Shown piece after piece: positions 47,925 to 61,330 of a stretch of DNA of 64,000 nt. Position numbers and translations under genes: made by a program. The stretch's first letter is position 1, and every line of letters starts with the position of its first letter. Source of the stretch: Octopus sinensis (Eukaryota); NCBI RefSeq assembly GCF_006345805.1, contig NC_043001.1:51088001-51152000 (forward strand), written 5' to 3'. The notes beneath the pieces are model-generated. The model was not told where the DNA came from and did not search any database. It worked only from the letters and a program-made list of their open reading frames with translations.

Positions 47925-49040
47925 ATAACCTGCGCTGGTATGGTCATATGACGAGAATGGCTGAAGATAGTTGTGTGCAAAAGTGCTACACCCTAGCAGT
48001 TGAGGGAACCTGTGGAAGAGGTAGACCCAGGAAAACCTGGGACGAAGTGGTGAAGCACGACCTACGAACTTTAGGTCTCACCAAGGTAATGACTAGAGAC
48101 CGAGACCTATGGAAGTATGCTGTGCGTGAGAAGACCCGGCAAGACTAGTCAGGCCATAACCCGTGGCCCCTACCTGGGACGTAGTCAGTCCACCTGTGCA
48201 TACCTTCCTTCTTGTGACACTTGTGAAGACCTGTTGAGGCAAGTGAAAATCAAACAAAATCAAAATAGATGAACATCAATGGAATTTGTATCTCTGTGGT
48301 ACCAGTGCCGGTGGCACACAAGAAAACCATCCGAACGTGGCCGTAGCCAGTACCGCACCGACTGGCCTCCATGCTGTGGGCACGTAACAATCACCATCCA
48401 ATCGTGGCCGATCGCCAGCCTAATCTGGCTCCTGTGTCGGTGGCACATAAAAACACCATCCGAGCGTGGTCGTCTGCTAGCCTTGTCTGGCACCTGTGTC
48501 GGTGGCACATAAAAACACCATCCGAGCGTGGCCGTTCGCCAGCCTCGTCTGGCACCTGTGTCGGTGGCACATAAAAACACCATCCGAGCGTGGTCGTCTG
48601 CTAGCCTTGTCTGGCACCTGTGTCGGTGGCACATAAAAACACCATCCGAGCGTGGCCGTTCGCCAGCCTCGTCTGGCACCTGTGTCGGTGGCACATAAAA
48701 AATATCATCCGAGCGTGGTCGTCTGCTAGCCTTGTCTGGCACCTGTGTCGGTGGCACATAAAAACACCATCCGAGCGTGGCCGTTCGCCAGCTTCGTCTG
48801 GCACCTGTGTCGGTGGCACATAAAAACACCATCCAAGCATGGCCGTTCGCCAGCCTCGTCTGGCACCTGTGTCGGTGGCACATAAAATCACCCACTACAC
48901 TCTCGGAGTGGTTGGCGTTAGGAAGGGCATCCAGCTGTAGAAACACTGCCAGATCTGACTAGCCTGGTGCAGCCTTCGGGCTCCCCAGACCCCAGTTGAA
49001 CCGTCCAACCCATGCTAGCATGGAAAGCGGACGTTAAATG
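47925..49040 (+). mobile_element. RTE LINE 3' end: ORF C-terminus plus 3' UTR with 62-bp VNTR and (GAT)n tail
   Basis: LRWYGHMTRM...GRGRPRKTWDEVVKHDL...DRDLWK. The anchor gtgtcggtggcac recurs at 48434, 48496, 48558, 48620, 48682, 48744, 48806 and 48868. Confidence 0.9.
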
Positions 49041-49139
49041 ATGATGATGATGATGATGATATATATATACATCAGCCACTAAAATGTGCAAATGGAAAAG
49101 GAAGGCGCAATACAGTAAAATTAATGTAGTCTATAAAAA

Positions 49140-49312
49140 CATTGGCTGTGTGGTAATTACCTTGCTTATGCACCTTGGTACCTTGGTTCCGGGTTCAGTT
49201 CCACTGCGTGGCACCTTGGGCAAGTGTCTTCTACTATAGCCTCGGGCTGACCAAAACCTTGTGAGTGGATTTGGCAGACAGAAACTGAAAGAAGCCCGTT
49301 GTATATATGCAT

Positions 49313-49383
<71 letters not shown>

Positions 49384-50035
49384 ATATATATGTATGTATG
49401 TGTGTGTATGTGTTTGTGTGTCTGTGTTTGTCCCCCCACAACATCCCTTGACAACCGATGATGGTGTGTTTACATCCTCATAACTTAGCGGTTCAGCAAA
49501 AGAGAGTGATAGAATAAGTACTATGCTAACAAAGAATAAGTCCTGGGGTCGATTTGCTTGACTAAAGGGGGTGCTCCAACATGGCCACAGTCAAATGACT
49601 GAAACAAGTAAAAGAGTAAAAGAGAGTATACATAGGCACAGGCGCGGCTGTGTTGTAAGAAGCTTGCTTCCCAACCACATGGTTCTGCGTTCAGTCCCAT
49701 TCATAGCACCATGGACAAGTATCCTATACTATAGCCTCGGGTTGACCAAAGCTTTACAAATGGATTTGGTAGACAGAAACTGAAAGCAGCCTGTTGTATA
49801 TATATGTTCATATATATATGTGTGTGTGTCTTTCTGTCTGTTTCTCCCATCACATCACTGCTTGACAACTAGTGTTGGTGTGTTTGTGTCCCTTGTAACT
49901 TAGCAGTTTGACAAAAGAATACTAGGCTTTAAAAGAAAATAAGTCCTAGGGCCAATTTGTTTAGCTAAAACCCTTGAAGGTGGTGCTTGAGCCTAACCAC
50001 AGTTAAATGACAGAAACAATTTAAAGAATAAAAGA
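49140..50035 (+). mobile_element. Two tandem SINE family A copies
   Basis: Heads at ~49143 and ~49640; tails at ~49620 and ~50030. Confidence 0.8.
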
Positions 50036-50389
50036 ATGACAGAATACAAATTCAGAAGGCTTTCTATATCTACATGTAAGTGGATTACATTGTCTGTAGT
50101 AATAACTGTGTGTGTGTTTATTAAAAATAAATATATGTTGACATACCCCATACATGTCTGAACCAGCCTACATCTGCTAATTATTTTGATCCCAATTAAG
50201 AAGATAAAATGCAATAGCAATTAAATGTTGCTCTGGGAAAGAGATAAAGGGAGACTAACTAGTGTGTATATTTATGTGTGCATATATGCGTGTGCATAAG
50301 ACTGTAAATCAGTGTACACACACACACACATAGACACACACACTCACAAATGCATACACACACACACATACACACAAGGTCATATTGTT

Positions 50390-50985
50390 GATTTAAACAT
50401 GTATATGCTCCCTTTCTGTTTGAATCAATAACTTTCTGACAACATTTTGACAGTTTCATGATGCTGGCTTTATAGAACTCCTGATATTTGGAGTAATCGG
50501 TAGTGCTGATGCTGCTCAGTTTTAGTGCCTCCAATTCATCATAGTTTTCATCACCAATGAAATATTTCAAGCTTCAAAATAAGTGGTAATTTGAAGGTCA
50601 AAGGTTCGTAGGATATAGGGTATGTTGCAAGCTTTTCTCAGCCAAACATTTTAATTCTGGGAGAACTGATTCTTGCAATATGAAGGTTAGGGTATTTTTG
50701 TGATGGAAGACAATACCAATTTGATTGACAAAGAATGCCACTTTTTCAATTTTTTTGTTTTTCAGTCAGTCAAATTGTTCAAGGCTCAGAGGAAGGAATT
50801 TGAAGTGACAGACATTCCTCTTGCCTCATCAAATGCTCTTGAAGCCTTAGTAGGGAGATGTTCCTTAATTTGGAGTTTTGCTTGCTGCCCTGATCGAATT
50901 CATTGCCTTCAGTGCTAAACATTTTTGTAAATTCTCCACCACTAAGAATTCTTTCTAGTTTTGGTAAATCATTCATTATTGTTCG
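50390..50985 (-). mobile_element. Degenerate mariner transposase, C-terminal half
   Basis: Frameshifted VNQIGIVFHH (cf. VNRKGVVFHHDNA), PYSY..LTSNYHLF.SLKYF (cf. PYSPDLAPSDYHLF) and FYKASIMKLSKCCQKVIDSN (cf. FY..GI.KL..RWQKVID). Confidence 0.75.
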
Positions 50986-51149
50986 ACCGTGGTCGAGACA
51001 ATGGAATTTACCATGCTACGCCAGACTTCACGGTCCATCATAGCATTACGGAGGTGCTGTTGCTGGATGCTTGTATCCCTGGAGATTACATCAGGGTAGG
51101 AGAGTGTGTTTTGGTACAAGCCTAACATCTATGACTATAGGAGGAAGTC

Positions 51150-51948
51150 AATTACATTGACTCCAGTGCTCAACTGGTACTTATTTTATTAACCTCAAAA
51201 GGATGACAGACATAGTCAACCTCAGTAGCATTTGAACTTAGAATGTAAAACCAGAGAAAATGCCTCTAAGCATTTTGTCAAACATGCTAACAAATGTGAT
51301 AACTTGCCACCTTTAGAGAATAATCAATTACGTCAACCCTAGTACTTACCTAGTACTTATTTTATCGACCCCAAAGGATGAAAAGCATTTGAACTAAGAA
51401 TTTATAGCCTGAAGAAATGCTGCCAAGCATTTTCTCCAGCATCTTAATGATTCTTATTTCTTTATTGCCTACAAGGGGCTAAACATAGAGGCAACAAACA
51501 AGGACAGACAAACGGATTAAGTCGATTACATCGACCCCAGTGCATAACTGGTACTTAATTTATCGACCCCGAAAGGATGAAAGGCAAAGTCAACCTCGGC
51601 GGAATTTGAACTCAGAACGTAACTGCAGACAAAATACCACTAAGCATTTCGCCCTTCATGCTAACATTTCTGCCAGCTCACTGCCTTCATAACTGATAAG
51701 AATGCAAAGGTGGCGACCTAGCAGAAACGTTAGCATACTGGGCAAAATGCTTAGCAGTATTTCGTCTGCTGTTACCTTCTGAGTTCAAATTCTGCCGAGG
51801 CTGACTTTGCCTTTCATCCTTTCAGGGTCAATAATTTAAGTACCAGTTACGCATTGGGATTGATGTAATCGACTTAATCCCTTCGTCTGTCCTTGTATGT
51901 TCCCTCTATGTTTAGCTCCTTGTGGGCAATAAAGAAATAAGAATGCAA
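51150..51948. mobile_element. SINE family B cluster: two partial minus copies, one full minus copy (51455-51686) and one full plus copy (51708-51936)
   Basis: The plus copy is flanked by a 12-bp TSD, ataagaatgcaa (51696-51707 and 51937-51948). Confidence 0.85.
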
Positions 51949-52419
51949 TCTAAACATGGAGTGTAATGCAGGCATTGACACTGCTATTTGATTCAAACTG
52001 TTCATTTCGCAAAGAAAACATTTATTGAACTCAGGCACTATTTCAAGTTTTTCTTTGTGTTTTTTTTTTTTGTTGTCATTGGTCAGTAAATGTTATGTCC
52101 TATTTGCTTCTATCTAGAAATCAAAGGAAATGACTACTATTCCCTTCAAACTTTGCTTTTGTGATCTGGACATCAATGTTTTCAAGTGACCTATTTTGCA
52201 TAACATTTCAAACAAATTCAACACCAAGCTGCTGAAGCAGAAATATCATTATAGCAAATATTCTGCTCAATACCACAAATTTGCTTGTAAGTTGCTTGAC
52301 CATAACCACTTGAGCATGTCCCTTAGTGGCTGACAATATGTGCACCTCTAATCATGAGCAAGAGTATTGGTAGTGGGGAAGCATCATAGCCATGTTTTAT
52401 GAGGGAGAAGCATCATAAC

Positions 52420-52830
52420 AATCATTAGGGTTTGAATAAATATAACAAAAGCAAAGTTTAAATGAATTATTAGTCATTTTTCATACTTTTTAGGAGTAAG
52501 CAAATAGGAAACGACTGTTTCAAACCAAGGACAAGAATTGTGTAATTATCAATGAAGCTCTTTTACTGATTCTTCGAAAGTTGCATTGCCATTTTTCTCA
52601 ATGATGTTGTGAGTTGTTCATCATTAATACAAACAGAATGTCCACAGCAAGATGAATCTTTGATATTATCATTGGTATTTTCACTTATTCAAGACATTAT
52701 CACTTTGCGGTTCTTGTATATTTATTTACAGCAATAGTAATTGCACAGTTGTCCTTTGTGAACTCATAAAACCTGATACATCTTATATATTCTTTGGGAA
52801 CTTCCATAGTTTTGATGCCTTATTCAAGTA
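52420..52830 (-). mobile_element. Internally deleted mariner (N-terminal part)
   Basis: MEVPKEYIRCIRFYEFTKDN resembles mariner N-termini (M....IR....YEF..G). Confidence 0.6.
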
Positions 52831-52893
52831 GGAAAAATCAATGGATTGGTAAGTGGGTAGAAAAGTGATAGGCAGGTATATAGATATACATGA

Positions 52894-52927
<34 letters not shown>

Positions 52928-53252
52928 ACACACACACCACACACACACACACACACACATGCACACACACACATATTAATCGAAGTATATAGTATTATAT
53001 ATCCATTATGATCAATCTTATCAATTGGTTTTGCACAAGAGATTCAACAGAGTGTTAGATCAACCATAATGGATTTATAATACTGTATACTTTGATTGAT
53101 ATGATCACTACTCTCATATATGAGTGCATTTTTTCTTGGCATATGAGTTCTTAGACGGTTTACATACAGATGCACATACATACATATATGTATGTATGGA
53201 TGTACATATGTGTGTGCATAAACTATCTAAGAACCCATAAGCCAAGAAAAAA

Positions 53253-53287
<35 letters not shown>

Positions 53288-53441
53288 TAAGGAGTTGATT
53301 GCTGTGTGTTTATAAATATATCATCATCATCATCTTCAGGGAGCTGTACCAAGATCCTGTCTGTTTTGGCTTGGTTTCTATGGCTGGATGGCCTTCTAAA
53401 CCCAATCCCTCCATAGAGTGTAGTAGGTGCCTATGTGCGTA

Positions 53442-53553
<112 letters not shown>

Positions 53554-54455
53554 TATTGAAAATGGTAGGATCTGACTCAAGTGAAAGTTTACTGCTATTT
53601 CTAGCCTATAAAGTGCCTGCATAGAGGCTCTTTCTCTGACTCATTTTCCATTTGTTGAATATTTATAAATGTGACCATTTATATCTTTCGACAGTTCTGT
53701 TTTTATAAAGATGATTTGGCTGTCAGGCTGGTCACAACTAACCTGGGTAAACAGATAATTTAATTGCTGGAAGTAGCAACCACAAAATGACAACCACAAA
53801 ATTTACAAAATAAAAGAAATAAAAAAATAAAGATAATGATAGTTTGTTTTTTTATAAAATAATATAAAATTTAGGTTGGAAAAATGTGTACATAAATATG
53901 AATTATACAGGTTTTTCAAACATATGTTTGTTCATATTTACTCATATGTTTTAAATTAGTCAGGAGAAGAGCAACAACACCCATAGTTAGTTGTTGATGT
54001 TGATGTGCAGTTGATGAACTTTTCTGTAGGTTGGGGTTTGCAGGAGTGATGTAGACAGAGAGAGAATTCCAGGGAGATTTATGAACTGAGTATTTAGCAT
54101 CAGATTCTGTAGGTTGACAAAAAGAGGAGAAAATGATGCTTCATATGAGTTTGGTTGCTGGGGATATGCAGTTTGCTCTGATCAGAGCAATGTATGTTGT
54201 TGTAGTGTTGGAAGAGGTAAAAAGAAGAAAGATCATACATGTAAGTTAATGGTTGTAGTGTTGGTGTGGAAGACCAGCAATTATTGGGGAGGGATAGGTC
54301 ACATAGATCGACCCCAGTGCTCAACTGGTACTTATTTTATTGACCCCAAAATGATGAAAGGCAAAGTCAATCTTGGTAGAATTTGAACTCAGAATGTAAA
54401 GATGGGTGTACTTTTTCTACAATTGGGATGGTATATATGTACATGTATATGTATA

Positions 54456-54508
<53 letters not shown>

Positions 54509-54629
54509 CAGTTCAGCAAAAATTTAGATTCAGATGAATATGGTACTTAAGTTAAAGGTACCAGAATTTGGTATGGTATTATTCATATGAATCAAATGGG
54601 GTGATTATAATGAAAATAAGCAACAGGGA

Positions 54630-54697
<68 letters not shown>

Positions 54698-55489
54698 TGT
54701 ATGTATGTATGTATGTATGTATGTGTTTGTGTATATATGTATATGTATGTGTGTGTGTGTGTTTTGGTATGTATATGTTTTGATTAGGACCATATTCTGA
54801 TGACACCTACCCACATATGTTAAAGTACTGTCATTTTGAAGATTTTATCATTCACACCCTCATCTCTTCTTCTACTTCCATTAATATGATATCACTTTTC
54901 TGAGGGTGCTCAAAAGTATACTGCTTACAAACACCTTTAAAAGGCCTCGAAACTGTAATTGACTCATACGAGTTACTAGCCTAAAACCAATCTAACTGGT
55001 ACCATCTGACTGACAGTGGTGTCCAAAACAGCTGAAAGCAAAAAAAGAAAAAACTGCTGTTGTTAAGTGTTCACTCTTCAAAGCTTGAGCTATCAATACC
55101 CCAAAATGCTGCACTTTTCCATCCATTACCTACAGGTAGGAGAAGACTTCTGGTTCAAAAATATTTCATAAGCCACTTCTGGACCCACCAGACTAGATAT
55201 GCAAGTCAATTCAGTGTCTTGGATATTTTCAACAATGAAAGACAAACATGAATATGATGTCTTGTCTTCAAAGCTTATTCTCTGCACTCATCAAAGGTTC
55301 TCTGTTATGCTTTATTGTTGGAATCGATAAAAACCTAAATCAACAAACCCTTTGAATCACTTACCAGTTATTTACTCCTTTAAAAGTGTTTGGCATGTAA
55401 CTAGGACTAAGGTCATCTTCTCACTGTTATTTCAATCAGAACATTAACTATATAGGTCTCATCTAACAAACTTCATTGTCCACACGCAC

Positions 55490-55675
55490 ACACACACACA
55501 CACACAAACACACTCATATATATATATATATATGTGACATGCTTCTTTCAATTTTTGTCTACCAAATCCATCCACAAGACTTTGGTCAGCTCGAAGCTGT
55601 AGTAGAAAACATTTGCCTAATGTGCTATAGAGTGGGACTGAACCGAAAACCATATGGTTAGGAAGCAAGCTTCTT
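55490..55675 (-). mobile_element. SINE family A, split by the Tx1 derivative; the rest of its head lies at 57612-57640
   Basis: ...accatatggttaGGAAGCAAGCTTCTT [insert] GGAAGCAAGCTTCTTaccacacaaccac reconstitutes the family A head. Confidence 0.85.
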
Positions 55676-57392
55676 TATTTCATATAATTTGCCACAAGGG
55701 CATCACACAGATGGAAGCTTTGCAGGCTGGACACGGACATTAATGGTATGAATGATGGTGATGCAAAAATGATGATGATGGGAGAAGACGAAAAGCGCCT
55801 GCCGACTTTCGCTTCTCTAAAACAATGTTCTTTTTTCCTTTTTCCCCCAAAACACAATGAGGTAATAAACCTCTTACTTAAACAACACAATGTTCAGAAT
55901 TCTTTTTTCTTTTTTAAAACACACAAAAAGTCCCATATTTCACATTTTCTAGACTCGTTTAGGTTATCCGGCCGACCAGTATCCTTGCTTCATTGAAGCA
56001 TGTACTCGGTTCCAGGCCGGACCACACAGGTATATATCTGTAGGAGTCTTCTGGGAAGGAATTCATGATCCTGCACAGATCCCTATCCCATAGGGCTTCT
56101 GCAGCCGCCTGCAAAGGCCACTCAAGATCCTCCGTGCAGGACAGAAGTCCCTCCCATCGGCCACTCCTTTCCATTTTCTTGACTTCATTTTCTATGGTTC
56201 CTCCTTTGTGGAAGACGACCACAAATTCATCCTCCAGTGGCACACCCGCCAGAGGAGGATTGGGACACACCGGCTGCATGTCACAACCTGCCGGCAATGT
56301 CCCATTTTTCTTCTTTCTTTTTTTCTTTTTCCCCTGGGCCGCGAGAGGGTGAGGTTCCTGTGATGCATGCAGCAGGTCCTCCTTTTCTCCCACAGCCCTC
56401 GGGTCCTCCAGTGGGCAGCCATTGTTGCCCACCTTTTGTTTTCGTTTTTTCGAGGAGGTGAAAACCTCCTCGTCATCCTTCTCCTTCTCTCCCTCCATTG
56501 AGGGAGCAGGGAGAGATTCCACTATTAACTGCTCCAGGACCCTATTTTAGTCCTTGGGGCAGTTTTTCTTAATGTGGCCGGTCTCCAGGCATAGGTGACA
56601 CTTGAGGGGGCGTCCCTCGAGCATCACCAGATACCTAGACCTGGCCATCCTCAAAAAATCTGGAAAGACCCGACTTTCGGCTAACTGGGTCCATAGGGTC
56701 AACACAGCTTTTGACCCCTCCCAATCAGCCACAGGCAGCACTTTCACATTAAGCAGCTTGGTACTGCTACCATCCAGACCCCGGCGGATAGAGTCCTCTA
56801 TCCACTCGGGCTCAATTCCGGGTGGCAAACCACAGATCCAAGCCCTCGTTAACTTCTTTCCACAATAACTGGGAAGAAACATTATTTCCTTCCCCTCGAG
56901 GGGCCGGCTTGCAAAATCGGAAGCTTCTTAGGGGGAGTCAAATAGCAACCAGACTGTTGCATACTTGACTCCCCGTGAAATAAATTTAATGGCTCGCATG
57001 TAATCTGCCAGCTCATTCAAAATTGTGGCCCTCGGGAAGACGGCTATGGTGTCAAGCGACTTTGAATAAGTCCTCAACACCACCGTCTTCCTTTCAAGCT
57101 CTTTTAGCCATGTTTTGGGAGGTGTTAAGTCCCACACAAGAAATTCCTTCGCCATTTTTAAGTAAAGTTCAAATATAGTTCAAAAATAGGAAAATGAGGA
57201 AAGACACAAAAAAAGAAGAAGGAAAGACACGACAGAAGGGAAGAAAAAAATAAAATAACAGTTCAATAAAGTTTTTGTTCCAAACCAAATGATAGACACG
57301 AAGAAGAGTTCAAATGATTGCAAAGAAAACAATTTTCGGCCGAAAGGTACTCCTGGCCTTTGTATATCCACAGAGAATAAAATTTTCAATAA

Positions 57393-57423
<31 letters not shown>

Positions 57424-57611
57424 AATGAAAGCTTTGAAGAGGAGAGTTCAAATTCTGGCAAAGAAATTAATTTTCGGCCGAAAAGGTAAAATTTTCAATA
57501 ATTTTCTTTTTTTTTTTTTTCGGCCAAAAGGTACTCCTAGCCTTTGTATAATCTACAGAAATTTTCAAAAAACTTCAACAGGCGAGTGAAGAACAACTAA
57601 CAACCGTAACC
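55676..57611 (-). mobile_element. ORF1-only (non-autonomous) Tx1-type retroelement, 1936 bp, with 15-bp TSD
   Basis: ORFs 57155-56928, 56882-56547 and 56522-55959 share one frame (398 codons, two internal TAA) with a CCHC knuckle CHLCLETGHIKKNC. No RT. 3' end tctgtgtgatgcccttgtggc...aaata resembles the Tx1 tail at 14607-14650. Confidence 0.85.
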
Positions 57612-58357
57612 GGAAGCAAGCTTCTTACCACACAACCACAAGCATTAAAAAATGTGATTTCTCCAAAGGAATATTACAAACCTCTACATTATCAACTACA
57701 ACCTTTGGTCTATATATTTATCACCTTTTCAGAATATTTACTTAGAATTCAATATGTATGACATCACAATTCCATTCTCCAGTGGCTGCTCTGTTAAAGC
57801 AGTAATACAATACCATTAACAATTGTGAATTTACAAATTATTAGCATAATCTATGGCCACAAGTAATGGCTATGTTATTAAGCATTTCACTTCACAAATT
57901 CGTAGTTCTGAGTTCAATCCCCTTCGGTATCACCTTAGACAAGTGGCTTCAACTGTAGACTTAAGTCGAACTATATATTATGAATAAAATTTGGTTGACA
58001 GAAATTGTGAAGAAAATCCATTATACAACTAAGACATAATGTGCAATTTGGTAAAGATAAGGAGATTTAGCTGATATATCTAGCTGCTGGAGTGATTGTA
58101 TAGAGGCTCACTTGGATCAACTGCTATATGTATTGTTGTTTTAACTCCAGCTCATCTTTGATCATGCTAACATTTGACCAGCCCTTTCCAATTATGACTG
58201 TAGTAGCTTTACAGCCTTTTACACCAACACTTTGAGAACTTAGTTCAACTCCTGCCTAAGTCAACTTTGCCTTTGATCCTTTTATCTGAAGACACTGTAC
58301 TAAGGAGTGCACTACCAAATACATCTTTCCTTTATTTTTAAGATGTCTGAGTGTAAT

Positions 58358-58388
<31 letters not shown>

Positions 58389-59118
58389 GGGGGGAGATTT
58401 AACTGTTATTTTCATTAGCTGAGTTACTTCTATCAGAGAAAGAGGTTCAACTTCTATTTCTACCAAGTTTGTATATGTTGATAACATCTTGCTTTGAGTT
58501 AATTGGCCATTAAACCAGTATATGAAGTAAACTTCCAATTTGTTTTAACTTTGACCTAATATCATAAATCTAATTCTTCTGAATTAATCTACATTCAACA
58601 TGGAGGTGCTTTTGTTAGCCTATTGTCACATCATTCGTAGCATGGTGAAGTTTGTGAGAAGAGATTGAATTTGAACTCAGAAAATAAACAACCTAGAACA
58701 GTGAAGACAAGGGACTTCATCTGAGACTCTAATAATTGTACTAACCCACCACTCTGGACAGGTATTTCATTTGTTGTGAACAAGAGGATTTTAGTGACAA
58801 AAATTCTTTGGCAGGATTTGAACTCATAGCATAAAGTACAGAAACAATAATTATAAAACATTCTATCTGACACTCTATTGTCTTTACCAATTCATTGCCT
58901 TGTGGCATTGATAATTTTATTTACCCTGCAACACTAGTGGACATAATCTCTATACAGTAAAGGATTTTAGTGGAACCATCATACTTCTCTTCTCCCACAT
59001 GACATAAAATTTATTCTGCTATTTGTCTTGAACTCAATAGCTCATTATAAGTGAATATTATCTTTGTTATTCAAACTAGAAGCCAGAACTAATCAATAAA
59101 TGTACTGATGTTTTCCAG

Positions 59119-59253
59119 CGGAGAAAAAAAGTGATAATACTAAACTTAGAACAGCTGCAATTGTTACTATAGTAGTTGTCCTAACACTATTGCTTTTGGC
59201 GATAATTCTCGTGGTTTACTTCTGGAAGCATCTGAAGAAACGTTGCCCTTGTG
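59119..59253 (+). CDS. Host gene exon I: transmembrane helix
   Basis: ttttccAG|...|GTaagt, 135 nt, phase 1-1. EKKSDNTKLRTAAIVTIVVVLTLLLLAIILVVYFWKHLKKRCPC has about 23 hydrophobic residues followed by a basic stop-transfer. Its link to the upstream exons is inferred from phase and architecture. Confidence 0.85.
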
Positions 59254-60117
59254 GTAAGTAAACCTTATGTATATAAATTTAGTGGGTGGTAGGTTGGCAG
59301 ATTTGAGTAACAGAGAAGATTTTTGCTTGTATTTAAATAAGGCTGTATTCATTTGGATTTTGTATCTTGATGAACAAGACAGAAAATACTTGATATATTG
59401 TGTAGATGTGTAGAGTATAATTATTTATATTGATCTGATGACTTCTGTCATTACTTTAATTTTCATGAATGTTGAATCAATCAGATGACGATGCTGCATG
59501 ATAGTGAAAAGCATGTCTATATCATGATTAACATATACACTTGAGGCATAAGTAAAGAGAAGTTATTCACAACTTATAAGGAACTATTTCTGTTGACAGG
59601 TGTTTTCTATCCAAAAATAACTATTTCTTCTATCCAAAAAATAACTATTTCTTCTTTGGATAGGATATGCATCCAAGTTTCTCAGCAATGCATTTAGGTT
59701 GGGATGTTTATGCTGTGCTTAAACATTAGTACCTGTAGTACCTGTATTTCAAAGGGCTGGCCTTGTTGCATTCTGTGTCATGCTGAATCTCCCTGAGAAT
59801 TATGTTGAGAGTATACATGTCTGTGGAGTGCTCAGTCACTGAAGAAGCTTAGAGAGTAACTACCAAGATGATACTAGTCCAAATATGTGACTGTAAATAA
59901 TATATTTTGAATTTCAAGAGTTGCAATGAAGTAGAGTATTAATGAACATATGTACAAAAATAAAAAATAAACCTTTAACTGCTATTATATTCCTCTTATT
60001 ACCAGAGAAAACTATAATAAATAATAAAGTAACAGAATATGTATGTGTTTTAGCGTCTATAATAAGATGATAACTATACCATTGTATAACCAGAAATGAA
60101 TTTTTATTATTCTATAG

Positions 60118-60178
60118 GCAACAAAGTTAAAAAAATATCACCAATAGTCATTACTGGCAATGGGAAGACGCCAAGCAG
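60118..60178 (+). CDS. Host gene exon J: cytoplasmic tail (partial)
   Basis: ttattattctatAG|...ag|GTaaaa, 61 nt, phase 1-2. GNKVKKISPIVITGNGKTPS. Confidence 0.65.
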
Positions 60179-60699
60179 GTAAAATACACATTTATTTCTG
60201 TTATCAGTTTACCTTCATTTTGTGTGCCATTATCATAGAAAAAATTGAAAGTAAATGACAGAGTGAGAGAAAGAAGAGAGAGGGAGAGAGGGGGGAGACA
60301 GACAGACAGAGACAGAGTGAAAAAGGGAGAGGGAATGGGAGATAAAAATGAAGCAGACAGAGTGAGGAAATGAAAAAAAGCTAACCCTGGATAAGACAGA
60401 TTTATAAATATGAACAAACCATAATAATTTCATTATAGAATCTTAGATTAAATAACTTGCTAAACATGCATATATATTATCAAAAATTAATGCATGTTTT
60501 ATGCCATTTGTTTTTGAGAAGGATTGGTTGTGCTCTTGATCCTTGTATGTTCTACTCTTGAAATTCTATTCACTGAGGAAGGGCCCAGTTATGAAACAGG
60601 GATAATGCAACATATTGTATTATGAGCCTACTGTTAGAACAGACTCAAAATGGAACCACTGCATTATCAAATAGAAGACTGCACCAAGAAAACTTATCT

Positions 60700-61330
60700 A
60701 TTGAAGTCTGAGCTAGGGGAAATGTTACATTACCAACAACATGACAAAAGTCTCGAATAAATTAGCTATGGTCTTGTGTCATTACCTAGCTAAACAGTCA
60801 AACAGAAAAGGATTAGTTCAATTGGTTTTATGCTAGTTCAGAGTATCTAACTTGAGATTCATTGGTCAAGAATTTAAGAGGTTTCTAAATGTAATGCATC
60901 ATCTGGCTTAGCACCACCACCTTGTCATTGGGTTCCTTAATCAGAGCTCACTTCATGAAAAGTATTGAGATCAAGTCTTCAGCCTAACAGTAATCCATGA
61001 GTTCCTCTCTTTCTCTAATCAGTTTTGGAGACCATACAAAGAAAGCTCATAAGCACTGCCCTTTTTAAAATTTAGTCAGAGGATCTGCCAAAGTTTCAAG
61101 AAATTTTTCTAATGAGAAGTCAAAATTCTTACAGCACATTTCATTCTACTTGGCCTAGTTTACTAAACTACAGGGGACAGACCACAAACTCTGGCATAAA
61201 ATTCACTGGCAACAGACTATTAGACTCTTGGAGCTAATGAGGAAACATTATGCCAGTATTTCTCAGCCACATTTCCCTGGAAGCCTAGGTGTCCTTATAA
61301 AGTCACTAGGAGTTGTCTGAAATGTTGTGA
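60700..61330 (-). mobile_element. Decayed RTE-type APE endonuclease fragment
   Basis: Residual ELMDYC.AEDLI..LFMK (cf. L.DFC...DL.I.NT.F.K). Confidence 0.3.

Noticed and set aside
48430-48900. Regular 62-bp array as a CRISPR
   Set aside because: Units are whole tandem copies without unique spacers and lie in a LINE 3' UTR.
50259-50976. Minus-strand ORFs as exons of a nested antisense gene
   Set aside because: They align by eye to a frameshifted mariner transposase C-terminus.
54110-54240. Cys-rich ORF segment ending at a GTAAGT donor
   Set aside because: Weak acceptor and no domain pattern; more likely the antisense strand of a decayed repeat. Unresolved without RNA-seq.
57733-58466. Two further candidate host exons (acceptors at 57733 and 58419)
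   Set aside because: Plausible acceptors but weak or ambiguous donors, and no convincing in-frame domain sequence.
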